DNA of 64,000 bases from Octopus vulgaris (Eukaryota), in NCBI GenBank assembly GCA_951406725.2, contig OX597815.1:187860001-187924000 (forward strand), read 5' to 3'. The translations under genes were made by a program, and so were the position numbers. Positions 50,413 to 63,283 of the stretch are shown one piece after another; within the stretch, counting starts at the first letter, position 1; each line of letters starts with the position of its first letter. Under the pieces are notes generated by a model. That model was not told the DNA's origin. It made no database searches and worked only from the letters and a program-made list of their open reading frames with translations.

Positions 50413-51991
50413 CTCACGGAGTCGATAATAGAAGCCACCATGCAAATTTCAGGGGATCTGATAGGTTTGTTAGACTCTTCATGTAAATGTTTCCAACTCT
50501 GTTTGAGACCTTCATCACCATAATAGTATAAAAGCAGCAATTTTGGTGGTTACACCACTATTTCCACTATGACTTCCTATCAAATTCATACACATTCAGC
50601 AAATTCTTCAGGTCCTTCACGGAATTTACAGTCGCATCCAACCATGCCAGTTTAGTTGAATTTACAATCCTCACAGGGATGACAGTTTGCATAAATAAAC
50701 AGTGCATGCTTCAAAACGGTTGATGTAAATATACACTGAACCATTGTTGCATGCTAATTGCTGATCTCAACCAAAATGATTACCGTTAATACACCCTCTT
50801 TGCCCGATAAAAAAAAAAACTGTTGTCAAGGGGTTAAAATGTCAAAATTGCTTATTATGGATTCTGCATCTGCATATGTGCCAATGCAGAGTTTAAAATT
50901 ATATGTCATATTCTAGTATTAAAAAACAGAAAGCAATCATGAATTCTGTGAATTCTGGACCAAATTCAGCTGCTTTAATTAAATGTGTCCTGGAGGCAAA
51001 GTTATTAATACTTAGAAAAAAAAAAAAAATCAAACTGGGTATTTAGCTTAAAAGTTCACAATCAGTTTAGCAGCTTTGGTGAATTTCCTTTAATCTCTCA
51101 CTGATGAACATCTCATTACAAATAATAAATACTAGATTAGTTTTTATGCTCACTTGTTAGTTTTTCAGAACCATCTTTTATGATTAAAAAAATAAAATAA
51201 AGAAGAAAAGTAAAACATGAGACAAACTGTAAATAAGTCTTCACGGGGAAACAAAGATGAAAACAAAATCTCACTGGATATCTATGCTTGTATTATCATT
51301 ATCAGATTCATTTTGTATTGACTATTCATTTCATGGTTGAGACTTTGCTCTATACACAAATGTTCTGGTTTGCCTGTAGTTATGCTGATACGAATTACGG
51401 TCAGAATTGAACTATAAAACTAGAAACAATAATCTCCAGTCAGTTCATTAACGTATTTTATTTTATTCAATTTGATTTAATTATGAGGCACAGAAATATG
51501 AATATACCTTCGTGTCTTATTCTCTGCTGGCAAAGATCCATATTGACAGATTTCCAATTCCTCTGGAGTTCTGTTCTACATTTTAAGCTTTTGGCTGATA
51601 ATAAAGCTTCTGCTATTTTCACAGATGTTTGTTTTTCTGTTGTATGATTCTTTGATGCATCAAAGCCCCATACAGCTTGTCAATCTGAGATTGTGATTCA
51701 GGTAATATTTAAAGCTGGCTTCTGTTTTTGTTCTCTATTATTTGAAGCAGTGCTAGCTACTGTATGCCACTTAGCCTTTATGCATTGTTAATATGCCTAG
51801 TAATCTTATGATAAAGATCAAAGTATGCAGAGCAGTTTAGCAGTTGTTTTTACATAGTGACTCAGAGTTTTGAATACTAAACTGAATTTCATCAATGAAA
51901 GCATCAAATCAGAAATAGACATACAGGGGTAGACAAAAGTAGGTATGCAGCTGCTTAATATGAGTGGGAAGTTCTTTTCATTTCTCTATCA

Positions 51992-52618
51992 CAAAGGCAA
52001 TGACAAGTGACCAAGACCTTTGGAGATATGCTGTGCTTGAGAAGACCTAGCAAGCCAAGTGACATCATAGCCATGGCTGATGCCAGTGTCGCATAACTGG
52101 CCCGTTTAAAGTACCCTTTAATAAATCAAGCAATATGATGTGCTTGAGAAGACCTGTTGAGTCAAATGAAATCATAGTTGTGCCACCTGACTGGCACATA
52201 AAAGGCACCATTCAAGCGTGACTGATGCCAGTGCTGCCTGACTGGCACCCATGACAGTGACATGTAAAAAGAACCAGCATGGTTGACACCAGTTCTACCT
52301 GACTGGCCCCCATGCTGGTGGCATGTAAATAACATCATTGATGGTTGATGCCAGTTCTGCCTTACTAGCTCCCATGCCAGTGGCACATAAAAAACACCAT
52401 TCAAGCATGATTGATGTCAGTGCCACCTGTCTCCTGTGCTGGTGGCACATAAAAAGCACCCACTACACTCTGGGAGTGATTGGTGTTAGGAAGGGCTTCC
52501 AGCTGCAGAAACCTTGCCAGATCTGATTGGAGCACCCTGGCTTGCCAGTCCTTAGTCAAACTGTTCAACCCATTGCCAGTAAAGAAAGTGAACATTAAAT
52601 GGTGATGATGACGACGAT
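51992..52618 (+). mobile_element. Family B RTE 3' end
   Basis: [17 protein letters not shown] remnant, UTR repeats, tail. Confidence 0.8.
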
Positions 52619-52699
52619 ATGAGTTCTATGATTCTATGTTCTTTTTAACCAATTCTTTCTAAAATAAAATAATCATTCTTAATTTCAGATATTCATTAT

Positions 52700-53045
52700 A
52701 TAGCTGGAAAATTAACTAATGATGAAGAAAAGTGGAGGATAATCATGCAGTACAGGAAAACAGACAATGCGGAAACGGTTAGACAGACATGGACTGAAGA
52801 ATTTCAAAGACCAGCTCCATCAAAATTAACAGTTTACAGAATATGTGAGAAATTTGAGCAGACTGGGCCCATCGGCAATGTACAGAAAAGTGGTCGACTG
52901 GTCAGTGTTATCACTGGAAAAAATGAAATGCTTGTGGTCCAAGCTTTCGCTCGATGTCCCTAGAAATCAAAAAAGAGGGCTTCCAATGAATTAGGCATCT
53001 CCCACAGTTCCCTTAGTCTACTTATGAATTGCTTAGGTTTAAAAA
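52700..53045 (+). pseudogene. Tc1/mariner-superfamily transposase N-terminal HTH remnant (DUF4817-like)
   Basis: YRKTDNAETVRQTWTEEFQRPAPSKLTVYRICEKFEQTG..KSGR..AFARCP*KSKKRASNELGISHSSL. Confidence 0.75.
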
Positions 53046-53674
53046 AGAAATAGAGGAATTTTGTCTACTCTAGGCACAAGGCCTGAAATTTTGGGGGAGG
53101 GGACGATTAGATTGACTCTAATACGCAACTGGTACTTAATTTATTGGCCCTGAAAGGATGAAAGGCAAAGTTGACCTTGGTGGAATTTGAACTCAAAATG
53201 TAAAGACAGCATTTTGCCTGGAGTGCTAATGTTTCTGCCAGCTCACCGCCTTGAATATTATTCTTTTCTACTCTTCTTTAAGGACAGAGTAATATAGATT
53301 GCTAAAAGAACTTTAATTTTTATTTCAGCAATTGTATGTATGTGTTTGGATGAACGGTTACGAATATTTGCATTATTAAAATGTCATATAATCAGTGATA
53401 ATAGGTTTTTATGTGAACCAAAGGAATGAGTTTGAAAATCTGGCATTTAAACATTTTTATTTTAATATCATAATGTGAACAATAGCACCAACAGTTAGAA
53501 ATTTCCAACTGGCCACTCACTTTGTTTACTGCATTTTGCAATTCAAAAGTGACAAAAGATTGTCTCTGTAACTCCTCACGCAGAATAAATGGTGATATAC
53601 CTTTTTTTCAATTTTCTCATTTACAAACACACACACATTACATATGTACTCAACAATCATCCACACAGTTTCTT

Positions 53675-54095
53675 ATTTCTTTATTGCCCACAAAGGGCTA
53701 AACATAGAGGGGGAAAACGAAGACAGACAAACAGATTAAGTCGATTATATCGACCCCAGTGCGCAACTGGTACTTATTTAATCAACTGGTTTTTATATAA
53801 GGCGGTGAGCTGGCAGAAATGTTAGCACACCAGGCGAAATGCATAGCCGTATTTCGTCTGCCGTTATGTTCTGAGTTCAAATTCCGCCAAGGTCGACTTT
53901 GCCTTTCATCCTTTTGGGGTCGATAAATTAAGGACCAGTTACGCACTCAGGTCGATGTAATCGACTTAATCCATTTGTCTGTCCTTGTTTGTCCTCTCTG
54001 TGTTTAGCCCCTTGTGGGAAATAAAGAAATAGGTACTTACTTAATCAATCCTGAAAGGATAAAAGGCAAAGTCAACCTCGGCGGAATTTGAACTC
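53675..54095. mobile_element. Nested family M SINEs (plus copy inside a minus copy)
   Basis: Minus unit broken at GGTACTTA by a full plus-strand unit at about 53800-54031. Confidence 0.75.
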
Positions 54096-54257
54096 TGTCT
54101 ATCAATTTTCATTTATATGGCATTGGCCAATCCAAAGACGATGGGAGAAGACACAATGGTGCTGTCTGTGTGATTGAACCTAGATCCACATCATTGTGAA
54201 GTAAGCTCCTTAACTACACAGCCATGTTTGCACTCATTGTAAGACCTTTTATGATTA

Positions 54258-54637
54258 CTAGCAGTATTGCCCGGCGTTGCTTGGGTTTGTTTCGACCATT
54301 TAGAATTGGAATTTTTGAAAAGTAAAAATTTTGCATTATGTAGCTTGTTATTCTTTTTAAGTGAACACTTTTCTGGTTGAAATACACCGAAAAATGGTGA
54401 CACAGCAGTCAAAAAATCGTAAAAAATAGGGATTTTCATAGAAAAAAAAGCACCTTTTTGATGTAAATAATTTTTGGTCTTAACATGGTCCGATTTGAAT
54501 TTTTTCTTCTATGGAATGAAGAGCAAGCCTTCTGTCAATTTTTGTCAACTTGTGTCGCAGAGTCTCGGAGGAGATAGTGTTAGCTGAAGGCTCCCAAACC
54601 TGCCACACACAGACAACTTCAGCTTTGTATATAGAGA
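54258..54637 (-). mobile_element. Helitron family H1 copy
   Basis: A|CTAGCAGTATTGCCCGGCGTTGCTTGGG end; homologous to 3392-3781. Confidence 0.8.
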
Positions 54638-55194
54638 TTATATTTTAAGGAGCAGCCATGGGTTTAGATGCGACCCCTACTCCTCAAAAATGGTAGAGGA
54701 GTAGGGGCCAAAACCAGATGTGGTTCCTCCTCTTGATATCTTTAGCCACTGGATCCTATAAAGAGTTGTTGAGGTAGCAAACTATGAAACTTGGTTGGAA
54801 TTCCTTCCTAAGGAGCAGCCATTGGTTTAGATGCAGGCTTGGCTGTATGGTAAGAAGTTTGCTTCCCAGCCACTTGGGTTCAGTCCTGCTGTATGGCATC
54901 TTGGGCCAAAGCCTTTTACTAGAGCTCCAGGCTGACCAAAGCCTTATTAGTAGATTTGGTAGATGGAAACTGAAAGAATCCCATCGCATATATGAGTGTA
55001 TGTTATTGTCTCCTTGGCTTGATTTCATGTGATTGTTGTAAACGAATGTCCCTGTCATGTAAGTAGTGTTGTTCATTTTCAGTCTTCTATGGAAACATGT
55101 CTAGTCATGGGAAAATATTACCTTTCATGAAACAGGTGAGAGCTGGTGTCAGAAATGGGCATCTGGCAGTAAAAAAATATCCCTCAACAAACAT

Positions 55195-55477
55195 TCGAGC
55201 GAGGTCGCTGGACTGGCTCCTGTGCAGGTGGCACATAAAAAGCACCATTTGAGCATGGCCATTGCCAGTACCGCCTGACTGGCACTCGTACCAGTGGCAC
55301 GTAAAAGCACCCACTACACTCTCGGAGTGGTAGGCGTTATGAAGGGCATCCAGCAGTAGAAACTCTGCCAAATCAGATTGGAGTCTGGTGCAGCCATCCG
55401 GTTCACCAGACCTCAGTCAAATCGTCCAACCCATGCTAGCATGGAAAGCAGATGTTAAACGATGCTGATGATGATGA
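55195..55477 (+). mobile_element. Family B RTE 3' end
   Basis: Family B tail. Confidence 0.8.
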
Positions 55478-55561
55478 AATTCTATCTGACCCATTCAAGC
55501 ATGGAAAAGTGGACATTTAAAACGATGTTGATATTTTCTTTCCTTTTCTTTCTTTTGTCAG

Positions 55562-55639
55562 ACCCTCTACAAGGAAAGTCCTCCTGATATTGTCATATCA
55601 AGACAGTATTTTTGTAAAACATACAGTGATGAGGAGAAT
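55562..55639 (+). CDS. Candidate 78-nt exon, unidentified gene
   Basis: Strong polypyrimidine tract ending TTTTGTCAG; AAT|GTTAGT donor; two open frames. Confidence 0.28.
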
Positions 55640-56046
55640 GTTAGTTTCAATTGTCTAGCATAATTTATTCTTTCCCTTTTATTGGTTGTCTGCAAAGTTC
55701 TCTTTCCACAATTGAAAAGGAAACAAATAAACAATTTATCAGATAAATGTGTGAAAAATTTTAATGCATTCTCCGATATTTTTGATCAATAGAAAACAAT
55801 CTATACACCATTCCTTCTGTTACTGTTATGTCTCAAAACCGAAATTGTTTCTGAGATTCTTATTTTTGATGTCTCACTTAGACAAGCTCTCACTTATAAC
55901 CACAATACTGCAACCTGTAAGTTGTTTAAAGTTGTAATCAGCACACTTAAATAGAATCTCTTCTGCATTCCTTAAGGGCCTTTAATATGAGATGATTATG
56001 TATTGGTAAATAAGACAGTTAAAATTTCCATTGAATTTGTATGCAG

Positions 56047-56108
56047 TGTCAATAATATGAAACTGATGTTTGTTGAAGATAAGAATTTCGAATGTAGCCA
56101 CTCAATAG
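56047..56108 (+). CDS. Candidate 62-nt exon (VNNMKLMFVEDKNFECSHSI)
   Basis: TATGCAG acceptor (weak), TAG|GTAAGC donor; phase-compatible with 55562-55639. Confidence 0.22.
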
Positions 56109-56423
56109 GTAAGCTAATAGATGATATACCTTACATTATAAACAAGCGCGTGCTTCTAGTAGCATTATAAATACTCTATATCAAGTATGATCATTAATTT
56201 TCTTGTGGTAGGGAAGGAAAAGTAAAAAAAAAAAAATTTAAAAAAAATACAAAAGAGATATACTAGGAATATAAAATTTTAGTCACATATTTTAAAACCT
56301 ATTTTTCATGCTATTATTGAGTTTGAGAAAATAAATTAAATAGACAAAACACACTATGGAAATTAATTGCTAGTGAGGAGACAGTATTTCATTTTGCAGT
56401 CATAATAGACGTCTGAGTATATT

Positions 56424-56628
56424 CTTTTCTAACTTTAGGCACAAGGACCAAAACTTTTGGGGGAGGGGGCCAGTCGATTAGATCGACCCCAGTATGCAAC
56501 TGGTAGTTAATTTATCAAGCCTGAAAGGTTGAAAGGCAAAGTCGACCTTGGCGGAATTTGAACTCAGATTGTAAAGACAAATGAAATACCACTAAGCATT
56601 TCACATGTTTCTGCCAGCTCACCACTTG
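56424..56628 (-). mobile_element. SINE family M copy
   Basis: TSD ACGTCTGAGTATATT / ACGTCCAAGTATATT. Confidence 0.8.
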
Positions 56629-58498
56629 ATACGTCCAAGTATATTAAAGGTTTACAAGTCAGTATTGTGCCTTACTTTTGTGTTAGCAGTGCAATATTCT
56701 CATATTTATAAAGTTTAGAAAACTATGGAAATTGTTACTCTCTGTCAGAATTCCAAACAACATTTGTTCTATAAAAGAAACTTAAGGTTTTGGTTTCATA
56801 TTGTATGAACAACTTTTGTGGTATTATACACAATTGTTTTCTAACATTAGCACACAACAACAAATTTGGTTGGAGGGGGGAAAAGTCAACTATAACACCT
56901 TCGGTACATTATTAGTATTTTTGGTAGTGACCTTAGAAGGGAAATTAAAGTTGACCCCTGTAGATGTTAAACTCAGAACATAGAGGGAATGAGACTTATT
57001 TCTTTGACTTTTCTCCACCAATTCCGTCAGGCCATTATTAATAAGTAAAAGAAAGTATAATACAGTAAAATAAATTGATCAATATTCTATTTATCTCATA
57101 CAAATGAGGAAGATAGTTGCTCGACTTTTCCTGATTAGAAATATTCGTCACTGAATAATTAGCACCATTGACTTTAAGGAACTGGGAAATTATCAAGTTT
57201 ACATTCATGCTTTTGCCAAAACCATTAATAACACGAGTAAAGAGAAAATAAGATGCCTGGGAATTAAAAAAAAAAAAGAAAATGAGGTCAGAAACTTAGC
57301 TACTCAAATACCTTTCGCCTTATAATATATCTACTATTTTAAGGATGAAATGATGAAGCCAGTGTGAAGTTTATGTTAAAAATATATCATAATCTATTTT
57401 GGTTCCAGATTATTTTCCTCTTATTTACAGAAATGCTCTTCTATTATTGTTTCTTCATAACAGTATCAAAAGACTGTCAAATAATTCTTTAAACAAAGGG
57501 GAAGAAAAATTACTTTGTAATTTTTTTTTTTTTTTTTAATGTGTGTTTCTAATAAGATTTTAAGCAGTTTTCTTGTATTTGAGTCGATCTTTAAAATCCG
57601 AAATTCATATGATTTTACTTTTATCTTCAAGTTGTAATTTTCAAGCTGTAATTAGAAAACAATTCATTCAAAAGAAAGAAATTATCACTATAAAACTGAT
57701 ATTGTTTTTTTGGTTTTACGTTTTTCTTTACCAAATTTTGTTTAGTATTTCCTGAATTTCTTTCTGTTAATAGCCTTTCTTGTTAATGTTGCCATTTGTT
57801 GATGGAAAATTGATGGAAAAAAAAAACAATTGCTCGTAGCATTATCGAAAATAAAAAAAAAAAATAAATGTTATATTAGAAACGTAAAAGTTTCTATTTT
57901 TTTGCTTCGTTTAACAGATTAGGATGTTTCCAGCTGTTCAATATTTTTCTAATCATACATTAAAGTAACAAAAAAAAAAGGGATTTTTTTCGTGTGTTTC
58001 TTTCTCTTAATTTCTCAAAAATCAAAATTTCTCAACCCTCAGTAATTCATTAATTTCTTTCCTTTTGTTGTATTAATAATTTTTGGAAATCCTCCGCTGT
58101 ACAACATTCTTTGTTTTCAAAATCAATGGAAATTATTTCCTCTGCTTATTCACATACATTATTTATAAGTATACGAGTCACATTGTCTGATCTGATTGAA
58201 ATGATATTTAAGCAACATAACAATTCTTTTTTTCCCGAAGATTTTTAATAATTTTACTTCTTTTTCGTTGTTGTTATTTATAGCTTAATCAAAAGACAAA
58301 GAATAGTGTCCATGACCTTTCTAGAAAGTCTCCAAGACTGGTATGAGAAAGAGAGGAAGACACAACAATTTTTGAGTTGTCATAGTTGAAAGTAGGACAT
58401 CAAAATATCTTGTATCTTTATGCTGGAAGGCACTGCTATGAATACTCGAAACACAACGGACACTGATAAAGATATCCTGATGGTGGTATTAAAACCAG

Positions 58499-58913
58499 GC
58501 AGCGAGCTGGTAGAATAGTTAGAATGCCAGGCGAAATGCTTAGCGGTATTTCGTCTGCCGCTACATTCTGAGTTCAAATTCCACCGAAGTCAACTATGCC
58601 TTTCATCCTTTCGGGGTCGATAAATTAAGTACCAGTTACGCACTGGGATCGATATAATCGACTTAATCCGTTTGTCTGTCCTTGTTTGTCCCCTCTATGT
58701 TTAGCCCCTTCTGGGTAGTAAAGAAATAGGTATTTCATCTGCCGTTACGTTCTGAGTTCAAATTCCGCCGAGGTCAACTTTGCCTTTCATCTTTTCAGGG
58801 TCGATTAAATAAGTACCAGTTACGCACTGGGGTCGATATAATCGACTTAATCCGTTTGTCTGTCCTTGTTTGTCCCCTCTATGTTTAGCCCCTTGTGGGT
58901 AATAAAGAAACAA
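58499..58913 (+). mobile_element. SINE family M dimer within one TSD
   Basis: GTATTAAAACCAG at 58486-58498 and 58914-58926. Confidence 0.88.
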
Positions 58914-59431
58914 GTATTAAAACCAGAGACCTATTAAGTCTACTGCCTGTTTGATTAGCTTCCATACAATTCCTGTCTACCCTATTTTGTAATTTCCCTT
59001 ACATGGCAGCTGAGGACAACCTTAAGCTGTCATAGAAAACACTTGGTGAAAGTGAAGCATCACGGGATCAGATGTGGAGGCACAGGATTCCAAAGGAAAC
59101 TTTCAAAACACACAGATATGCTTTCACTTTGTCTAGTAACTATTTTTACTGAATGTTGATCAGCACAGTAGAACCACACAGCACGAGTGCTCCACTCTAC
59201 GAGTAATTTGCTGTACAAGCCGAGACTCATGTGAATTTTTGTCTTGAAGTACGAGCAGTACGAACACACAAATTGTCTCATCTTTAAGGTGATTCACTTA
59301 ATAAAAGCACTTTACATATTTCTTCTGCATTCTCTTATTTATAATTGTCATTTTGCTTTTAACGACATCTTTTCTGTTTTAAAACAAATAAAAATTATCT
59401 TTGAGTGGTTTTTCAGGCCTGGAACAGAATA

Positions 59432-59871
59432 CAGTAGTCCCCTAATATTTGTTGGGGGGTTATGTTTCTAATGCACCCATGAATAATGAAAAACTGCAAA
59501 TACTGGACATGGTCCATAAAAATGCCTATAATGTCAAAATATAACGTAAAATATTATATATATATATATATATTTGAGTGTGATTGTTACCAGCATCGCC
59601 TTACTGGCACTTGTGCTGGTGTGCAGATGACACGTAAAAAAACACAATTTTTTCATGGCTGTTGCCTGTACTGCCTGACTGGCCCTCGTGCCGGTGGCAC
59701 ATAAAAGCACCTACTACACTCTCAGAGTGGTTGGAGTTAGGAAGGGCATCCAGCTGTAGAAACACTGCCAGATCAAGATTGGAGCCTGGTGCAGCCATCT
59801 GGCTCGCCAGTCCTCAGTCAAACTGTCCAACCCATGCCAGCACAGAAAGCAGCAGTTAAATGACGATGATG

Positions 59872-59911
<40 letters not shown>

Positions 59912-61020
59912 TAATAATAATTTAATAAAAATTAAATTAAAATGTATGGTTACTCATCAATAATGAATAATATTGATTTAAGACGATGATGATGAAAATA
60001 ATGAAGGTAATGACTATACAGCAAAAATTAAAAACTCTTCAGGTGACACCTCTTCTTCAAGTGTTTTAGGGGATGTCATATCTTCCTGCAAGGTTTTCTT
60101 GGTGGGGTTGAGGAACAGTGTGATAGGAAGTTGCTGTCATTGTTTCTTCATGGTGGTGAGGAGAGTTTTATATGTCTGCATGGCAGCATCAATGGCATTT
60201 TTAAGTTGGAGAGACTGAACCATGTGGGGATCCCATGCTTCCGCCTTCCCTTGTAATTCCTTTGTTGCCCTTAAAAGGTCAGACAGATGTTTGATGGTAA
60301 TGCCTACCTCATCCTCCTCTAGACCTGATGCTTCTTCCTCCTCTTCGCTGGCAGACTTAGTTTCACTCTAACAAATCTTCGTCTATCAGGATTTCAGAGT
60401 GGGCATCGATGAGATTGTTTGACCTCATCTTGCGTGATGTCATCAAAATCTTCGCTTCCAAGTACCTTTGCCAGTTTCACTGCATTCTTGACAGCCTCAT
60501 GCTGAATATCTTCAGGTGAGAAGCCCTCATAGTCCTGGACACGCTCTGGCCACACCTTCTTCCAGCATGCGATGAGGTTTCTTTATCCTGTCTTTAAGAG
60601 CAGCATGGATGACTGACAGGTACGTTGCAATTGTGAAATTATGCCAGTACTCCTTTAATTTGAAATTCTTGTCTGAATCCATTGTGTCCACAAGGTGTTG
60701 GAGAGAGTTCTGAATGTAAAGTGCCTTGAAGGTACAGCAATCACACCTTGATTCATAGGCTGGATGAGGGAGGTGGTGTTAGCAGCGAGGAACTCAACAT
60801 ACAAAATCTTTCTTGTGTCTAATATGCACATACCACCAATGGAAGATTGAGCAGAGATTAAAAATAATCATGGTTTTGAAAAATTTAGTTTGTATTACCA
60901 CTAGATACAGTAATCTGTACTATAATAATAACAATAAGAGAGAGAGAGATTGACATGAAAGAAGTCATAAAAAATTGCGAATTTTATTTACAATTCCACG
61001 AATATGTGGTGGTTTCCACT
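59432..61020 (-). mobile_element. pogo/Tigger transposon remnant containing a family B insertion (59575-59873), possibly nested in a second Tigger-type MITE (about 59180-61142)
   Basis: TA|CAGTAG TIR-like end at 59432, CACTG|TA end at 61142, transposase remnant inside. Confidence 0.65.
60000..60800 (-). pseudogene. Tigger/pogo (TIGD1-like) DDE transposase C-terminal remnant
   Basis: VEFLAANTTSLIQPMNQGVI..TFKALY..KEYWHNFTI..ACWKKVWPE..GSEDFDDITQDEV, with frameshifts. Confidence 0.85.
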
Positions 61021-62888
61021 GGGGGTACACCGTAAATATATTTTAGTTAATTTCAATGGGAAAAACTGATTTGTAAAACGAGTAAATTGTAAGACAAGCT
61101 CGGCCATGGAAAGAATTAAACTCGTACTGCAGGGTATCACTGTATTTTAATATTTTGTTGAAAATTAGAATAAAAAGAACAATGACAATGCCTCTTTTTG
61201 AGTCTTCTCAGACTGGTCAGAATAATGTGGTCGGTGTCCAGTAGGAATATCTTGTTGGAAAAACTTGCACAGAAGGAAGAGAACCAAAGAGTTTGGTCTA
61301 ATGCTTGTATTAGAGTAACTTCTGTTAAGGATATTAGAAGACCATGTGATAGTGTCAAACTAAACACCTCCCACACAAAACATTTTCTGAGTTAGTATGT
61401 TGCTAAGAGTACGTCAGTTAATGTTTCAGCGGTGGTGCCCCAGCATGGCCGCGGCCTTCAGGCTAAAACATTTTTAAGGATTTATATGTAAACCAGAATC
61501 AAAAATAAAAACAAGAGATAAGGTGAGAAATTTCATTTTTTAGTACCCATGGACTGGGTCTCCTTTCCTGTTCATGTGTTTCCATCTTTTACTTAAAGGG
61601 GCATCTCAAAATCCTTCATACAGCCAGTTATATATGCCTTGCTCTCAAAACTGGAAATGAATAACATCACTTTTTACAGCTATCACATGATATCAAGACA
61701 GGGGCAGTATAGCTAGAAACAAACACACACACGCATACGATATCAAGATGATTTTGCTTGTGTTAGTTTACGTTCCTGACAGAATGGTGTGTTGCCGCTT
61801 TGTAGCTGAGGGAATTGTATTTGGCTACAAAAGTAACTGCTCTGGCAATTAGTGAATATCCAACGTAGTAGAATCTATTTCATTTATGGCAACTAGGAAA
61901 AATTGGGCAAACGTAAAATAATTATTTTTAAAAACTGTATTAATTTTCATTAAACTCAGCAATCAAGTATTGACCCTTAATCTTCTTTCTGACAAATTAG
62001 TAAATATTGATTTCAGATTTTGGTAGAGGGCCAGCAGATTTGGGGGAAGGGGTAAGTCACTTACATTGACCTCTGTGTTCAAATGGTGCATATTTCATTA
62101 ACGCCCAAAAGAAAGAAAGGCAAAATCGACCTCAGCAGTATTCGAACTCAGAATGTAAAGACGGATGAAATACAGCTAAGCATTTTCCTGGCATGTTAAT
62201 GATTCTTCCAGCTCGCCATCTAGAGAAATTAATAAATACGGTGTCCTATTTTTGTGATATTGATTTTTTGTTACACATGCATAGAGGTCAAAATTTGGAG
62301 GAAAGAAACAGTTGATTAGATTGACACTTGCACTTGACTGATGCTTATTTTATCAACCCCAGGAGGATGAGAGGCATAATTGATCTTGGAGGCACAAAGC
62401 AGTTTCTTTTCACCTTGCTTGTTGTTAGCCATGTGATCCTGGGTTCAGTCTCACTGTATGGCACCTGATTCAAGCATCTTCTACTGACCAAAGCCTTTTG
62501 AGTAGTGGATTTTGTGGATGAAAACTAAAATAAGCCCATCACACACACACATTTGTGTGCGTGTGTAAGAGAGTGCACGTGTGTGTTGTTTTTGTATATA
62601 ACCTGCCCTCATCTTGATATCATGTGATGGCTGTAAACAAGCTTCCCTGTCAAACAAGTGGTGGTGTTCATTTCCAGCATTGCATAAAAAAAAAAAAAAA
62701 ACATTGGGAAATGATACCTTGCTTTGAAACAGGTGAAGGTTAGTGACAGGAAGAGCATCTGGCCGTAGAAAATTTGCTTCAACAAATTCTGTCTAACAAC
62801 AATATGCAACCATGAAAGAGTGGAGGTTCAATAATTATGATGTGGGATTTGAACTCACAATAAATAGAGCTTTCAGCAAATAAAGAGA

Positions 62889-63283
62889 CTAGCAGTATTG
62901 ACTGGCATTGCTCGGGTTTGTTTCGACCCTTTAGAATTGGAATTTTTGAAAAGTAAAAATTTTGCATTATGTAGCTTGTTATTCTCTTTAATTGAACATT
63001 TTTCTGGTTGAAATACACTGAAAAATGGCGACACAGCAGTCAAAAAATCGTAAAAAAATAGGGATTTTCATAGAAAAAAAGCACCTTTTTGATGTAAATA
63101 ATTTTTGGTGTTAACATGGTCCGATTTGAATTTTTTTTCTTCTACGGAAGGAAGAGCAAGCCTTCTTCTATCATACTCTCAATCTTGGTCAACTTGCGCC
63201 GTAGGGTCTCGGAGGAGATAGTGTTAGTTGAAGGCTACCAAACCTGCCATACACAGACAACTTCAGCTTTATATATAGAGAGA
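62889..63283 (-). mobile_element. Helitron family H1 copy
   Basis: Homologous to 3392-3781 with CTAG and TC termini. Confidence 0.8.

Noticed and set aside
52745-52963. 72-aa ORF as a host gene exon
   Set aside because: Transposase HTH remnant with an in-frame stop, truncated by a SINE
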